From NCBI GenBank assembly GCA_963792965.1, contig CAWBYW010000018.1:64001-128000 (forward strand): a stretch of DNA of 64,000 bases, written 5' to 3'. Of this stretch, positions 30,099-40,399 are shown in pieces. The notes beneath the pieces were generated by a model. It was not told where the DNA came from. It was given only the letters and a program-made list of their open reading frames with translations, and did not search any database. The position numbers and the translations under genes were made by a program. Position 1 is the first letter of the stretch. Each line of letters starts with the position of its first letter. Source of the DNA: an uncultured delta proteobacterium (GTDB taxonomy: Bacteria > Desulfobacterota > Zymogenia > Zymogenales > Zymogenaceae).

Positions 30099-32280
30099 AT
30101 GACCAGTCCAACGAGGGTGTTGCTGATAGAGGACAACCGCTTGGACCAGCGTCTCATTGGGGATATGCTCTCCGAGGCACAGGCGCATGCGTTTGAGATA
30201 ACCTTTGCCGGAACCCTTACCGAGGGCCTGGAAAAGCTCGACGACGGCAGTATTGATATCATTCTGTTGGACCTGAACCTGCCGGACAGCGAGGGGCTCA
30301 CGACCCTCCACACCGTCGTCTCTCGTCATCCTTTTGCCCCCATCGTGATCTGCTCGGCGACCACCGATGAAGAGACCGCGGCCCTAGCCGTCGAGGAAGG
30401 GGCCCAGGACTACCTGATCAAAGGGAGAATCGATCCGGATCGGCTCGTCCGCGCGATTCGATACGCCGCGCTGCGAAAAAGAGGCCGAGGACTCCCTGAG
30501 AGCGGCCCACGACGAGCTGGAAAAACGGGTCCTTGAGCGGACGGCCGATCTGGCCGAGATAAACGAGCGGCTGAGAAAGGAGATCGAGGAGCGAACGAGG
30601 GCCGAAATCGCCCTCAGGGAATCGGAAAAGAAATGGAGAAACCTCTTCGAAACTTCGGCCGACGCTATCCTCATCACCGACGTCGACGGAATCGCCGTAG
30701 AGGTAAATCACGCCGCACTCGAGCTGCTGGGCCTCATATCGGGACAAGTCAAGGGCCTCGGGATGGAAGATATTATCGCGAGTCCGGAGGATAGCATGTC
30801 ACTGTTGAGCAAGGTCCGACGCAGCGGGTTCGTCAAGGACCGCGAGATCACGCTCGTGCGCCCCGACGGCTCGAAGGTCGACTGTCTTATCTCGGCAAAC
30901 CTCATCAAGGACGCCAAAGGTGCCACGGTCGGCTACGAGGCGATCATCAAAGACATAACCGAGAGGAAAAGGTTCGTCGATAAGACCCTGGACAGTGTCA
31001 CCGACGGGGTCTTCATCATCGATGCGAAGCACCGCATCACCTACTTCAACGCGGCCGCCCAGAAGATCCTCGATATCCCCCGGAAGAGCGCCCTCAGGAA
31101 ACATGCATGGGAAGTCGTCTACGGGGGCCAAAGGAAGGAATCTCTGCTCTTGCGGGCGTGCGAGGATAGTCTCGATATCATTGACCGGGAGGAAGAGTTC
31201 GTCACTCCCAAAGGAATGCGCGTGCCCGTCTCGTTGTCTATCGCCTCCCTTTCGGATAAGACGGGAAAACACCTCGGCTGCGTGGTGACCTTTCGCGACC
31301 GGTCGACTATCGTCGAACTCCAGAAAGAGATTGACCAGAAATATACCTACCAGGACATCGTGAGCAAGAATAGAAGGATACGGGAGATCTTCGACATCCT
31401 CCCCTCGATAGCGGAGAGCGACAGCACCGTCCTCATCGAAGGGAGGAGCGGAACCGGCAAGGAGCTTTTCGCCCGCGCCATCCATGATCTCTCTCCGCGC
31501 GCGAGCGGCCCGTTCGTCGCCGTCAATTGCGCCGCCCTGCCGGATACGCTCCTTGAGTCAGAGCTCTTCGGCTACGTAAAGGGAGCCTTTACCAACGCCG
31601 TCAAGGATAAGCCCGGCCGTTTCGCGCTGGCCGAGGCGGGAACGATCCTGCTGGATGAGATCGGCGACCTCGACAAAGCCCTGCAGGTCAAGCTCCTGCG
31701 CGTCCTGGAGCAGCGGGAGTATGAGCCCCTCGGATCGATTGTTCCGGTCAAATCGAATGTTCGAGTGATCGCCTCCACCAATCGGGATCTGACGATGGAG
31801 GTGGAGCTGAGCAACTTCCGCGAAGATCTCTTTTACCGCATCAACGTGGTCAGGATTACCCTTCCCGAGCTCCGGGAGCGGCGCGAAGACATCCCGTTGC
31901 TCGTGAGGCATTTCGTCAAGAAGCTGTCGCTCAAAATGGGAAAGGCGGTCCCCACCGTCTCGGACGAGGTGCTGGATGTGCTGATGGGACACGACTATCC
32001 CGGCAATGTCCGGGAGCTTGAGAATATATTAGAGCGGATGCTGGTTATCTCCTCCGGAGGGGTTATCGATCGAAGGCACCTTCCTCCCGAGCTGGCGGTG
32101 GCCAAGACCGAGGGCGATGAATATGTATCCTTCAAGGACGAGATGATGGGGTCCGAGAAGAAGATGATCGAGGAGGTGCTGACGCGATATCAGGGTAACC
32201 GGGCTCTGGCCGCACGGGCACTCAACATCAACCGAACGACCCTCTGGCGGAAGATGCAGAAGTATAATCTCCTGAAATAG
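30099..32280 (+). CDS. Sigma54 enhancer-binding protein REC-PAS-PAS-AAA+-HTH (apparent frameshift at A5, 30476-30480)
   Basis: REC (LLIEDN, LLDLNLPD, DYLIK); removing one A joins a coiled coil and two PAS domains to GRSGTGKE, ESELFG, GAFTNA, LDEIG, PGNVRELEN and a Fis HTH. Confidence 0.88.
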
Positions 32281-32453
32281 GAAACGAAGGGGAAGAGCGA
32301 CAGCGCCGTGCCGGAAACACTATTCGGCATGGGGCGGTCGGGTGTTGCGCGCCGCGGCCGTGAGCCGTGATACAAACGTTTCACTATTGAACATTTCGTC
32401 TCTCCAGCCCGCCCCACCCAACCATCAAGAAGTAAAAGATTAAACTGTAGTTA

Positions 32454-32466
32454 TATCAATAAGTTA
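32454..32466 (+). promoter_or_regulatory. IHF-binding consensus site
   Basis: TATCAA-TAAG-TTA matches WATCAAnnnnTTR. Confidence 0.55.
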
Positions 32467-32597
32467 CATATCATCGCTTCTTTACGTCCTTTTCACGCCC
32501 CCCGAAGGGCAAAAATTCTCTCCATATTTCCTTACTTATGTTGCAAAAAGGATACTTATCCATCGTATCTCCCCGCCCTGAGTTTGGCTGGTATTCA

Positions 32598-32610
32598 TAA
32601 CTAACTGATA
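32598..32610 (-). promoter_or_regulatory. IHF-binding consensus site
   Basis: TATCAG-TTAG-TTA on minus strand, ~30 bp upstream of the -24 element. Confidence 0.5.
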
Positions 32611-32638
32611 TTACTTAGTAATTTGGGAACATGCCTTA

Positions 32639-32656
32639 TTGGCCTGATACTTGCTT
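32639..32656 (+). promoter_or_regulatory. Sigma54 (-24/-12) promoter
   Basis: TTGGCCTGATACTTGCTT: GG-N10-GC spacing with TTGC. Confidence 0.75.
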
Positions 32657-32882
32657 ATTGTATTGATAGGTGGACGGGACGCAATAGAGACAGGCACGCA
32701 TCGGCTCGGCCACGGTATTAAGAGGAATCGACGCTGAGAAGATGGAGATAAGTTAGCTAAAAAAGATTGTAAATATACATAAAATGGTATAGATTTATAC
32801 GCCATTAGTGGAGCAATTGCAACGCCCCACACCTGGTGTATGATGAATATGTTTAAGACACTATTCGTTGAAAGGTACACCG

Positions 32883-33710
32883 ATGTATGAGAAATATTGG
32901 GGATTGGTCGAACCCCCCTTCGAAAATGTCCCCGATCCGTCATTCCTGTATGAGTCTCCTCAGCATAAAGAGGCGCTGTCCCGGATGCTCTACGGCATAT
33001 CCCGCAGAAAGGGGTGCATCATGCTCTCCGGAGAGGTCGGCAGCGGCAAAACAACGCTTGCCCGCACCCTGATCCAGAGCCTTCCGAAGGACAAGTACGA
33101 GGTGGCCATTATCGAGAATCCACGGCTCACCTCTTCCCTCTTCATCCATGAGATCATCTACCAATTCGTCGGTCAGTCGGAGAGCAAGAACAAGGTCGAT
33201 CTCCTCCACTCGCTCAACCGGGCCCTCTTCAAGAACCTCGCCGAGGAAAAAGACTCGATCATCATAATCGACGAGGCCCAGCTTATCCAGGATAAATCGA
33301 CATTCGAGGAATTGAGGCTCCTCCTCAACTTCCAGTTGAACAACCGCTTCCTCCTCACGCTGATCCTCATGGGGCAGCCGGAGCTGAGAGACGTCGTCAA
33401 CTCGACGCCTCAGTTCGAGCAGCGGGTCGCTATCAGATACCATCTGACGCACCTCACGTTTGAGGAAACCGTCAAATATATCGGTTTTCGACTGAAGCGG
33501 GCGGGTCTGTCAAAGAACGTCTTCACTACCGAGGCCATGGAGAAGATCTACGCCTATTCCGGGGGGATTCCCCGAAAGATCAATAATATATGCGACATGA
33601 GCCTTCTGATCGGGTGGAGCCAAAAAGCCACGTACGTTGACTCGAAGATCATCACCAACCTCATAGACGAGAGCAAAAATGGTAAGGATATCAGACATTA
33701 TCAAGGATGA
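32883..33710 (+). CDS. ExeA/GspA-family AAA ATPase (ATPase domain only)
   Basis: MYEKYWGLVEPPF..PDP.FLY, GEVGSGKTT, IIDEAQ, GQPEL, SGGIPRKIN. Confidence 0.92.
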   Translation: MYEKYWGLVEPPFENVPDPSFLYESPQHKEALSRMLYGISRRKGCIMLSGEVGSGKTTLARTLIQSLPKDKYEVAIIENPRLTSSLFIHEIIYQFVGQSESKNKVDLLHSLNRALFKNLAEEKDSIIIIDEAQLIQDKSTFEELRLLLNFQLNNRFLLTLILMGQPELRDVVNSTPQFEQRVAIRYHLTHLTFEETVKYIGFRLKRAGLSKNVFTTEAMEKIYAYSGGIPRKINNICDMSLLIGWSQKATYVDSKIITNLIDESKNGKDIRHYQG

Positions 33711-34740
33711 GGACCTGTTCGGGAAGTCGGACGTAAAGAATAAGAAGAGCGACAAGATCATCATCAGTGAAACCCTGACCGCCGACGATATCATCGGAGG
33801 TCGAATATCCGACGGACTGAGGTCCCCCACCACGATGGAGGAGGAAGAGGCGAAAATATTCCTGGGGAAGATCTACGCCGCCCTCGAGAAGGCGTATGCC
33901 GTCGTGAAAGAGGGGAAAATCTTCGGGGTCCAGCCATTTGAGACGCTCGCGGAAAAATTCGTCGATTCCATCGGAAAATACGACAATATCTTCATGTTGG
34001 CGGCTTATAAAGACTACGAAGAGACCGATCACGTCAACAACTGCCTCTGGACGGCTCTCATCGCAGTCAAGATAGGGAGACGCCTCGGGCTCGGGAAAAA
34101 GGAGCTCATCGAGCTTGCCCTCTGCGGCTTTTTCCACGATATCGGCCAGGAGCGCCTCAACAACGGTGTTCTCGTCAAGCATGGGGAGCTGACCGGCCCA
34201 GAGCGCGAGGAGGTTCGGAGGCATCCCGAATACGGCAGGGATATCCTGTTTTCCCTCGGGGAACCGCACCGCTATATCTCGGATACGGCTCTTCAGGAAC
34301 ACGAGCGGCTGGACGGATCCGGATATCCGTCGGGGCTGACCGGCGGGGAGATTTCTCTCTACGCCAAGATCATCGGTCTTGCCGACACCTACGAGGCGAT
34401 GACCCACTCGCGGCCTTACCATACGCGCAAGCTCCCGCTCTTCGTCATCAAGGAGATCGTCGAGAAGATGAGGGAGCAGTTCGATACGAAAGTGATCAAG
34501 GCCTTCCTCGAGGAGATCACGATGTTTCCGGTCGGGAGTTTCGTCCGGCTCAACAACCGGGAGGTGGGGAGGGTCATCGCCGCCATGAAGGGGGCGCACT
34601 TCCGCCACGTGGTGCAGATCCTCTTCGGGCCGGACGGTGAGCGGCTCATTAAACCCAAGGCGATTAACCTCATGGAGGCCCATCTCCTCTACATTACGGA
34701 GCCCGTTGACGAACGAAATCTAAGAAGAGACACGATATGA
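33679..34740 (+). CDS. HD-GYP domain protein
   Basis: FFHDIG, HPEYG, EHERLDGSGYPSGL, ADTYEAMT..RPY. Confidence 0.88.
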   Translation: MVRISDIIKDEDLFGKSDVKNKKSDKIIISETLTADDIIGGRISDGLRSPTTMEEEEAKIFLGKIYAALEKAYAVVKEGKIFGVQPFETLAEKFVDSIGKYDNIFMLAAYKDYEETDHVNNCLWTALIAVKIGRRLGLGKKELIELALCGFFHDIGQERLNNGVLVKHGELTGPEREEVRRHPEYGRDILFSLGEPHRYISDTALQEHERLDGSGYPSGLTGGEISLYAKIIGLADTYEAMTHSRPYHTRKLPLFVIKEIVEKMREQFDTKVIKAFLEEITMFPVGSFVRLNNREVGRVIAAMKGAHFRHVVQILFGPDGERLIKPKAINLMEAHLLYITEPVDERNLRRDTI

Positions 34741-35418
34741 AGACACGACATCTCATCATCTTATGCCCTTACGGCGCTCATGGCGGCGTCATGCGCCGGG
34801 ACCGGCGGCATCCACGCCAATACGGTTCCGTCCAAGCCCGAGGACGCCGTCCGTTACCAGCACCGGATCATACCCGGTGACAGCATCCACATTACCCTGT
34901 GGGAGGTGGATCAGCCCAAGGAGATCAACGCCCAGGTCAAGAACGACGGCACGATCGATATCATGTTCATAAAGGGTCTCAAGGTCATGGGGCTCACCGA
35001 AGAGGAGCTCAATACGTTCCTGACCAAGGAGCTCTCTTTCTACTACGTGAACCCACAGTTCACGGCGTCGCTCAATGCGTACGTTTATCTGCTGGGAGAA
35101 GTCAAAACCCCGGGCGCCTACACCTTTGAAAAGGGCCAGAGCCTTGTGGCGGTCCTGGCCGTCGCCGGCGGACCGACCAAAGACGCGAAGCTCAGAAACA
35201 CCCTCATCATCCGGGGTGACTATCACAACAATCCGACGGTCATCGTCGCCGACACGTCACGGCTGCTAAAGTCGGGGGACCTCTCCGAAAATGTCATCCT
35301 CCAGGCGGGCGACATAATCTATGTGCCGTCCAAGGTAATAGCGGACGTAAACTACTACATCACGCAGATCACCCCCCTCCTGGATTTATTCCTGCTGGGC
35401 GCGGTGTTCGGTATGTGA
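34737..35418 (+). CDS. wza: Polysaccharide export lipoprotein, Wza/SLBB (apparent frameshift in signal peptide at ~34767)
   Basis: ATGA-coupled MKTRHLIILC joins LTALMAASCAG lipobox after removing one C; IIPGD, DGTI, LGEVKTPG, LQAGDIIYVP. Confidence 0.82.
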
Positions 35419-35529
35419 ATGAGGAGTGTTCTCGCGTATCGGCTGTCTCGAACTCGGAAAGTAGTGCCTATCGGGCTCGAGAGCGGTATAGAGGCGAAAG
35501 ATTTATTCACTTAAAACGGTAACTCACCC

Positions 35530-37800
35530 ATGCCCCAATATGAGATTCAGCTGAAAGACCTCATCCGGATCCTCAAGAAACGGAGAAAGATCGTCCTTTT
35601 CTCGATGGTCACCCTCGCGGTCCTGAGCGTCATCTTTGCCAAGATCCAGTCCCCCACACAGTTGTACCAGTCCATTTCAAAGGTACGGTACGACCAGACG
35701 CGGTCCCTGGCGGGGATAACCACGCCGATCTACTACTTCTCTCCCTACGACAACATCAATTCTCAGACGAAGATCATCACAAGCTACCCTGTCCTGGAGA
35801 TGACCGCCAAGAAGCTCGGCTATTTGAACAAGAATCTGAGATCTCAGGATATCCTCAGTTCCAAGGAGCATATGTCCGTCGTCTCGGGCCTTGAAGGCCA
35901 GATCGGCACGGAGATCGAGGAAAACACGAATATCATCGACATCAAGGTCACCTCGGTCGATCCCAAGATGGCCGCCGATATCGCCAACGCGGTGGCCGAA
36001 AGCTACCGTGACTACAACCGCGACCAGATTAACAAGCGGACGATAGATACGAAGGACTTCATCGAAAAGCAGTTGAGCCTCGTCAGCCAGCGGCTTAAGG
36101 AAGCCGAGGAGAATCTGAAGAATTTCCAGCAGAATCGAAATATCGTGGTGCTCGACACCCAGACCAATAACGACCTTCAGTCGCTGGCGCTCCTCCAGAC
36201 CGACTACGATAAGCTGGACCGGGAAAACAGCAACCTGCTGGCATTCAAGAACAAGGTTACGTCAAAGAATGTGAGCGGCAAGGAGCTCTTCCCCATCCTT
36301 GAGATGGACGTCAACAGCAACCTCTACACCCTGAATGCCGAGCTGCAAAAGCTCCTCTTGGAGCGCGACGAGCTCATGACGGTATACACCATCAATCACC
36401 CCAAGGTCGCCGACCTGAATGATAAGATCAACAATATCCTCGCCCTGATCGGCTCGGATATCAACACGCGGGTCTCTTCCAACAGGGTACGCATGGGGAC
36501 TCTCAACCACGATATCGACAAGTATAAGGGACGGGCCGCCGAATATCCCGATGATAACCTTACGCTGGCCAAATATCAACGGGAGGTGAAGCTACAGAGT
36601 GACCTCTACGCCGAGCTTGCCTCGAAGTACCAGGAGATCCTCATCCAGGAGTCCGGAATGGTTGAGGAGGTGGGTATCGTGGCGCCCGCTCTCGTTTCTG
36701 AATTGCCCATCAATCCGCCGAAGATATTCTCCTCGTTCCTCATCGGCCTTCTCCTGGGCCTCTTCCTCGGCGTCTTCTTTGCAATCATTATGGAGAACCT
36801 CGACACCTCCATCGGCGCCATCGAAGACGTGGAGAGCTACCTCGGCATCCCCGTCCTCGGGGTGATCCCCTACATCGAGCCATACGTTGAGGAACAAAAG
36901 GGCGAAGAAAGGATCGAAAGGCCGACCGGAGATAAGCGCAAGGAGTCTCTCCTCGTCATCTCGATGAGCCCCACGTCGCTCGCGACGGAGGCCTACCGCT
37001 CTCTCAGGACGAATATTATCTTCCTGAACCAGGAAAAAGGGATCAAGACCTTCATGATCACCAGCTCCTCGCTCCAGGAGGGGAAGACCATCACGTGCAT
37101 TAACACCGCCATCACGCTGGCCCTCGGCGGATACAGGACCCTTCTGGTGGAAGCGGACCTGCGCCGTGCCACAATTGCAAAGACCCTCGGAATCGAGCGT
37201 TCGCCCGGCCTCTCGGAGGTGATCCTCGGGATTGACTCGGCAAAAGAGGTGACACGGGATATTAACGACATCATCCTCGGCGGGCTCGAAATGGACACCC
37301 TTATGAAGTCGCCCGAGCTTGCCAACCTCTTCGTCATCACCTCCGGCGCCTTCCCGACAAACCCCGCAGAGCTGCTGAGCTCAAAGCAGATGATGAAGTT
37401 CATCGAGGAGGCCAAGGCCGAGTACGACTTCATCATCTTTGATAGCACACCGGTGTTGCCTGTTACGGACGCCGTGTTACTGTCTCAGAAAGTCGATGGC
37501 GTGATTATCCTCTACGAGGTGGGGAAGATCGCCCGCGGGGTGCTCAAGAGGACCAAGTCCCACCTCGACAACGTGAAGGCCAACGTGCTGGGGGTCATAC
37601 TCAACAACGTAAGGCCGGAGTATGGGCCCGACTATTACAGCTACCATTACCAGTATTATTACGAGGAGGGCAAGCATCCCCGGAAGCTCGGCGAATGGGA
37701 AAAGATCAAGGAATATTTCTCGAAGGATAGCCTGAGGCGGTTTGCCTCAGACACCCGAGAGAAACTCTCGAAGACTTTTCAAAAAAAGGAAATGCGGTAG
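35530..37800 (+). CDS. wzc: Polysaccharide co-polymerase / BY tyrosine kinase
   Basis: Two TM segments flanking a coiled coil; EAYRSLRTN, Walker A SSLQEGKT, ADLRR, DSTPV; Tyr cluster YYSYHYQYYY. Confidence 0.93.
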   Translation: MPQYEIQLKDLIRILKKRRKIVLFSMVTLAVLSVIFAKIQSPTQLYQSISKVRYDQTRSLAGITTPIYYFSPYDNINSQTKIITSYPVLEMTAKKLGYLNKNLRSQDILSSKEHMSVVSGLEGQIGTEIEENTNIIDIKVTSVDPKMAADIANAVAESYRDYNRDQINKRTIDTKDFIEKQLSLVSQRLKEAEENLKNFQQNRNIVVLDTQTNNDLQSLALLQTDYDKLDRENSNLLAFKNKVTSKNVSGKELFPILEMDVNSNLYTLNAELQKLLLERDELMTVYTINHPKVADLNDKINNILALIGSDINTRVSSNRVRMGTLNHDIDKYKGRAAEYPDDNLTLAKYQREVKLQSDLYAELASKYQEILIQESGMVEEVGIVAPALVSELPINPPKIFSSFLIGLLLGLFLGVFFAIIMENLDTSIGAIEDVESYLGIPVLGVIPYIEPYVEEQKGEERIERPTGDKRKESLLVISMSPTSLATEAYRSLRTNIIFLNQEKGIKTFMITSSSLQEGKTITCINTAITLALGGYRTLLVEADLRRATIAKTLGIERSPGLSEVILGIDSAKEVTRDINDIILGGLEMDTLMKSPELANLFVITSGAFPTNPAELLSSKQMMKFIEEAKAEYDFIIFDSTPVLPVTDAVLLSQKVDGVIILYEVGKIARGVLKRTKSHLDNVKANVLGVILNNVRPEYGPDYYSYHYQYYYEEGKHPRKLGEWEKIKEYFSKDSLRRFASDTREKLSKTFQKKEMR

Positions 37801-37820
37801 CCCGCAGGAAGGCCGTCATC

Positions 37821-39224
37821 GTGGGAACAGCTCGACATACATCGGAAGGGAATCTGACCAATTTCTCCACCTCCATCGCCCTCGGCATCATGGTCATCAT
37901 GATCTCCGTCCTGGCCTTCTTGATTTCCGGCGGGATGCAGCTCAAGATGGTGGTCATGGTGGTCGGCATCATCGCCACCGCCATCTGTTTTTTCAACACC
38001 GAGATGGCCCTCTACCTCATCCTCTTTGCCATGCTCTTTTCGCCGGAGTTTTCCTTTGGCGGAGAACTGGCGGAGGGTAGGAAGCTCGTCCTTAGGGTCG
38101 AGGATATTATCATCGTCGTCACCTTCTTTTCGTGGGTGGTCAAGACCGTCCTCTACGAAGGTGTGGGTCTGATCGTCAAGACCCCCCTGAACCGGCCCAT
38201 TAAGCTCTACGTCTTCGTCTCCTTTCTCTCCACCTTCCTGGGGGCGCTTATCGGCAAGGTGAACCTCTCCTCCGGGCTCCTCTACGTCTTTAAGTATATG
38301 GAGTTTTTCCTGGTCTACTTTATGTTCGCCAACAACATTACGGACCGGGACCAGGTCAAGCGGTTTATCATTGCGGCCTTTATCGTGGCGATCTTCACGG
38401 CGCTCTACGCCGTCGCCCAGATCCCCTTCGGGGGCAGGGTCACCGCTCCCTTTGAGGGCGAAAGCGGCGAGCCCAACACGCTCGGAGGGTATCTCATCCT
38501 GATTATCTCGATAGCCGCCGGACTCTGGTTTGTCATGCGGGATCAGCGGCTGAAAATTGCGCTGGCCTCGCTCGTGGTCCTTATGACTGTTCCGTTCCTC
38601 TTTACCCTCTCGCGTAGCTCGTACGTCGCCGCCATCCCGATGTTTGCGGCCTTTTTCATCTTCACCAACAAGAAACTGCTGCTCTCCTTTGTCCTGCTCG
38701 CCTTTGTGCTGGCGGCGCCCATCCTTCTTCCCGAAAAGATCAAGGAGCGGGTCTCGGAAACCTTCGTGCCCGACCCCGGTTTTGCCCAGACCCAGACCAT
38801 CGGAAACGTCGGGTTTGACACCTCCACGTCGGAACGGATCTCATCGTTTAAGTATTCCATTGAGAAGTGGCAAAAGCGGCCCATCTTCGGATGGGGCGTT
38901 ACCGGCGTCGGCATCATCGACAGTACCTATTTCCGCCTCCTGGCCGAGGTAGGCCTCGTGGGACTGGCCGCCTTTCTATATCTGATCTCCGTCATCGGCC
39001 TGCACCTCTACCATATCTTCAAGAAGTCGCAGGATCCGCTCTTGAAAGGGCTTGCCCTCGGGATGCTCGCCGGGACCGCGGCGCTCCTCGGGCATAGCGT
39101 GGGCGCGGCATCCTTCATCATCGTCAGAATCATGGAGCCCTATTGGTTCTTCATGGCCTGTATCGTTGCCCTCTACCAGATCGAACAGAGTTATCCGCCC
39201 GCTCCACAAAAGGAACTCGCGTGA
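37821..39224 (+). CDS. O-antigen ligase / Wzy polymerase family protein
   Basis: Polytopic; EPNTLGGYL, TLSRSS, RPIFGWG, RLLAEVGLVG. Confidence 0.85.
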   Translation: MGTARHTSEGNLTNFSTSIALGIMVIMISVLAFLISGGMQLKMVVMVVGIIATAICFFNTEMALYLILFAMLFSPEFSFGGELAEGRKLVLRVEDIIIVVTFFSWVVKTVLYEGVGLIVKTPLNRPIKLYVFVSFLSTFLGALIGKVNLSSGLLYVFKYMEFFLVYFMFANNITDRDQVKRFIIAAFIVAIFTALYAVAQIPFGGRVTAPFEGESGEPNTLGGYLILIISIAAGLWFVMRDQRLKIALASLVVLMTVPFLFTLSRSSYVAAIPMFAAFFIFTNKKLLLSFVLLAFVLAAPILLPEKIKERVSETFVPDPGFAQTQTIGNVGFDTSTSERISSFKYSIEKWQKRPIFGWGVTGVGIIDSTYFRLLAEVGLVGLAAFLYLISVIGLHLYHIFKKSQDPLLKGLALGMLAGTAALLGHSVGAASFIIVRIMEPYWFFMACIVALYQIEQSYPPAPQKELA

Positions 39225-40399
39225 GATTTGGCTATTTTCTCAAGATGCTCCCCTCCCGTATGTCGACTTTCATTCACCGGGAGATCGCCTGGCTCCGGTC
39301 GCAGGGGCACGAGGTATACCTCTTCCCCGTCTGGGACATCGACCCAAACGACCTCCCCGAGACTATAACGGGGTCCCCCGACTATATCATCGCTCGTACT
39401 TCGCTCGTATCGTTGGGCTGGGTGCCTGCCCTCGCTCGCTTCTCCCTTACCTCTCCGCTCAGGGTCGCGCGGATAGTCGCCGGCTACCGCCGTCTCTACG
39501 GGATCGCGTTTGTCCTCAAATCGATCGAGGCCGCCCGACTGATTCAAAGAAAGAGGATCGAGCGTATCTGCGCCCACACCCTTTCACTGGCCGCTTCGCG
39601 GGCACGCATCTGTTGGCTCCTGACGGAGATTCCCTACAGCATTACCGTCCACGGCTCGGATCTCCTCCTCTTCCCCCCCCGGGACGGCCCGGAATTAATC
39701 CGGGATGCACACGTCGTCATCACCCCCACGGAATTTAACAAGAAGCGGCTTCAGGAGATAGCCGGCCCGTCCGCGAAAGAAAATATCAGGGTAATCCCCT
39801 ACCCGGTGGATACCGACTTCTTCCGGCCCGAAACAACGAAGCTCGCGCGTATGGGAGAGATGCGACTGATCACGGTGGGGAGGCTCCATCCGGTGAAGGG
39901 ACACCGGTATATCCTCCGGGCCGTCGATACGTTGCGGCGGGAGGGAGTCGCCCTTTCCCTGAAAATCGTGGGCGAGGGGGAGGAAAGGACCGGGCTCGAG
40001 GCCGAAGTGAAAAAGCTGGGCCTCGAGAGCTACGTAGTATTCACCGGCGCCCTCTTCGGCGCCGAGCTGCGGGACCAGTTGGCCGCGTCGGACATCTTTG
40101 TCCTGGCCAGTCACTCCGAGGGCCTCCCGGTATCGATGCTGGAGGCAATGGCGACGGGCCTCTGCGTAGTGGTTCCCGCCGTGACCGGGATCCCGGAAAT
40201 GGTGCGCGACGGACAAAACGGCCTCCTCTTTACCCCCCAGGACCCCGTCGATCTGGCCGAGAAGCTGCGCCATGCCGCTGGCGACGCGGGCCTCAGGCGT
40301 CGGCTCGGGAAAGAGGCGCGCACCTCCGTCGTCTCGCGGTGCAGCGGCGATGCGGTCTACCGAGAGATCCTGCGTGCCGTCGGGGGGGTCAAGGAATGA
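39221..40399 (+). CDS. GT4 glycosyltransferase
   Basis: TFIHREI, TVHGSD, VGRLHPVKG, EGLPVSMLEAMATG. Confidence 0.9.
   Translation: MRFGYFLKMLPSRMSTFIHREIAWLRSQGHEVYLFPVWDIDPNDLPETITGSPDYIIARTSLVSLGWVPALARFSLTSPLRVARIVAGYRRLYGIAFVLKSIEAARLIQRKRIERICAHTLSLAASRARICWLLTEIPYSITVHGSDLLLFPPRDGPELIRDAHVVITPTEFNKKRLQEIAGPSAKENIRVIPYPVDTDFFRPETTKLARMGEMRLITVGRLHPVKGHRYILRAVDTLRREGVALSLKIVGEGEERTGLEAEVKKLGLESYVVFTGALFGAELRDQLAASDIFVLASHSEGLPVSMLEAMATGLCVVVPAVTGIPEMVRDGQNGLLFTPQDPVDLAEKLRHAAGDAGLRRRLGKEARTSVVSRCSGDAVYREILRAVGGVKE

Noticed and set aside
11683-30480. Programmed frameshifting or phase variation at A-runs
   Set aside because: Runs are only 5-6 nt and several other breaks are outside homopolymers; sequencing error is more parsimonious
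32883-33710. Type II secretion system or transposon TniB/IstB ATPase
   Set aside because: No gsp or transposase genes adjacent; the motif set is ExeA-like in an EPS context
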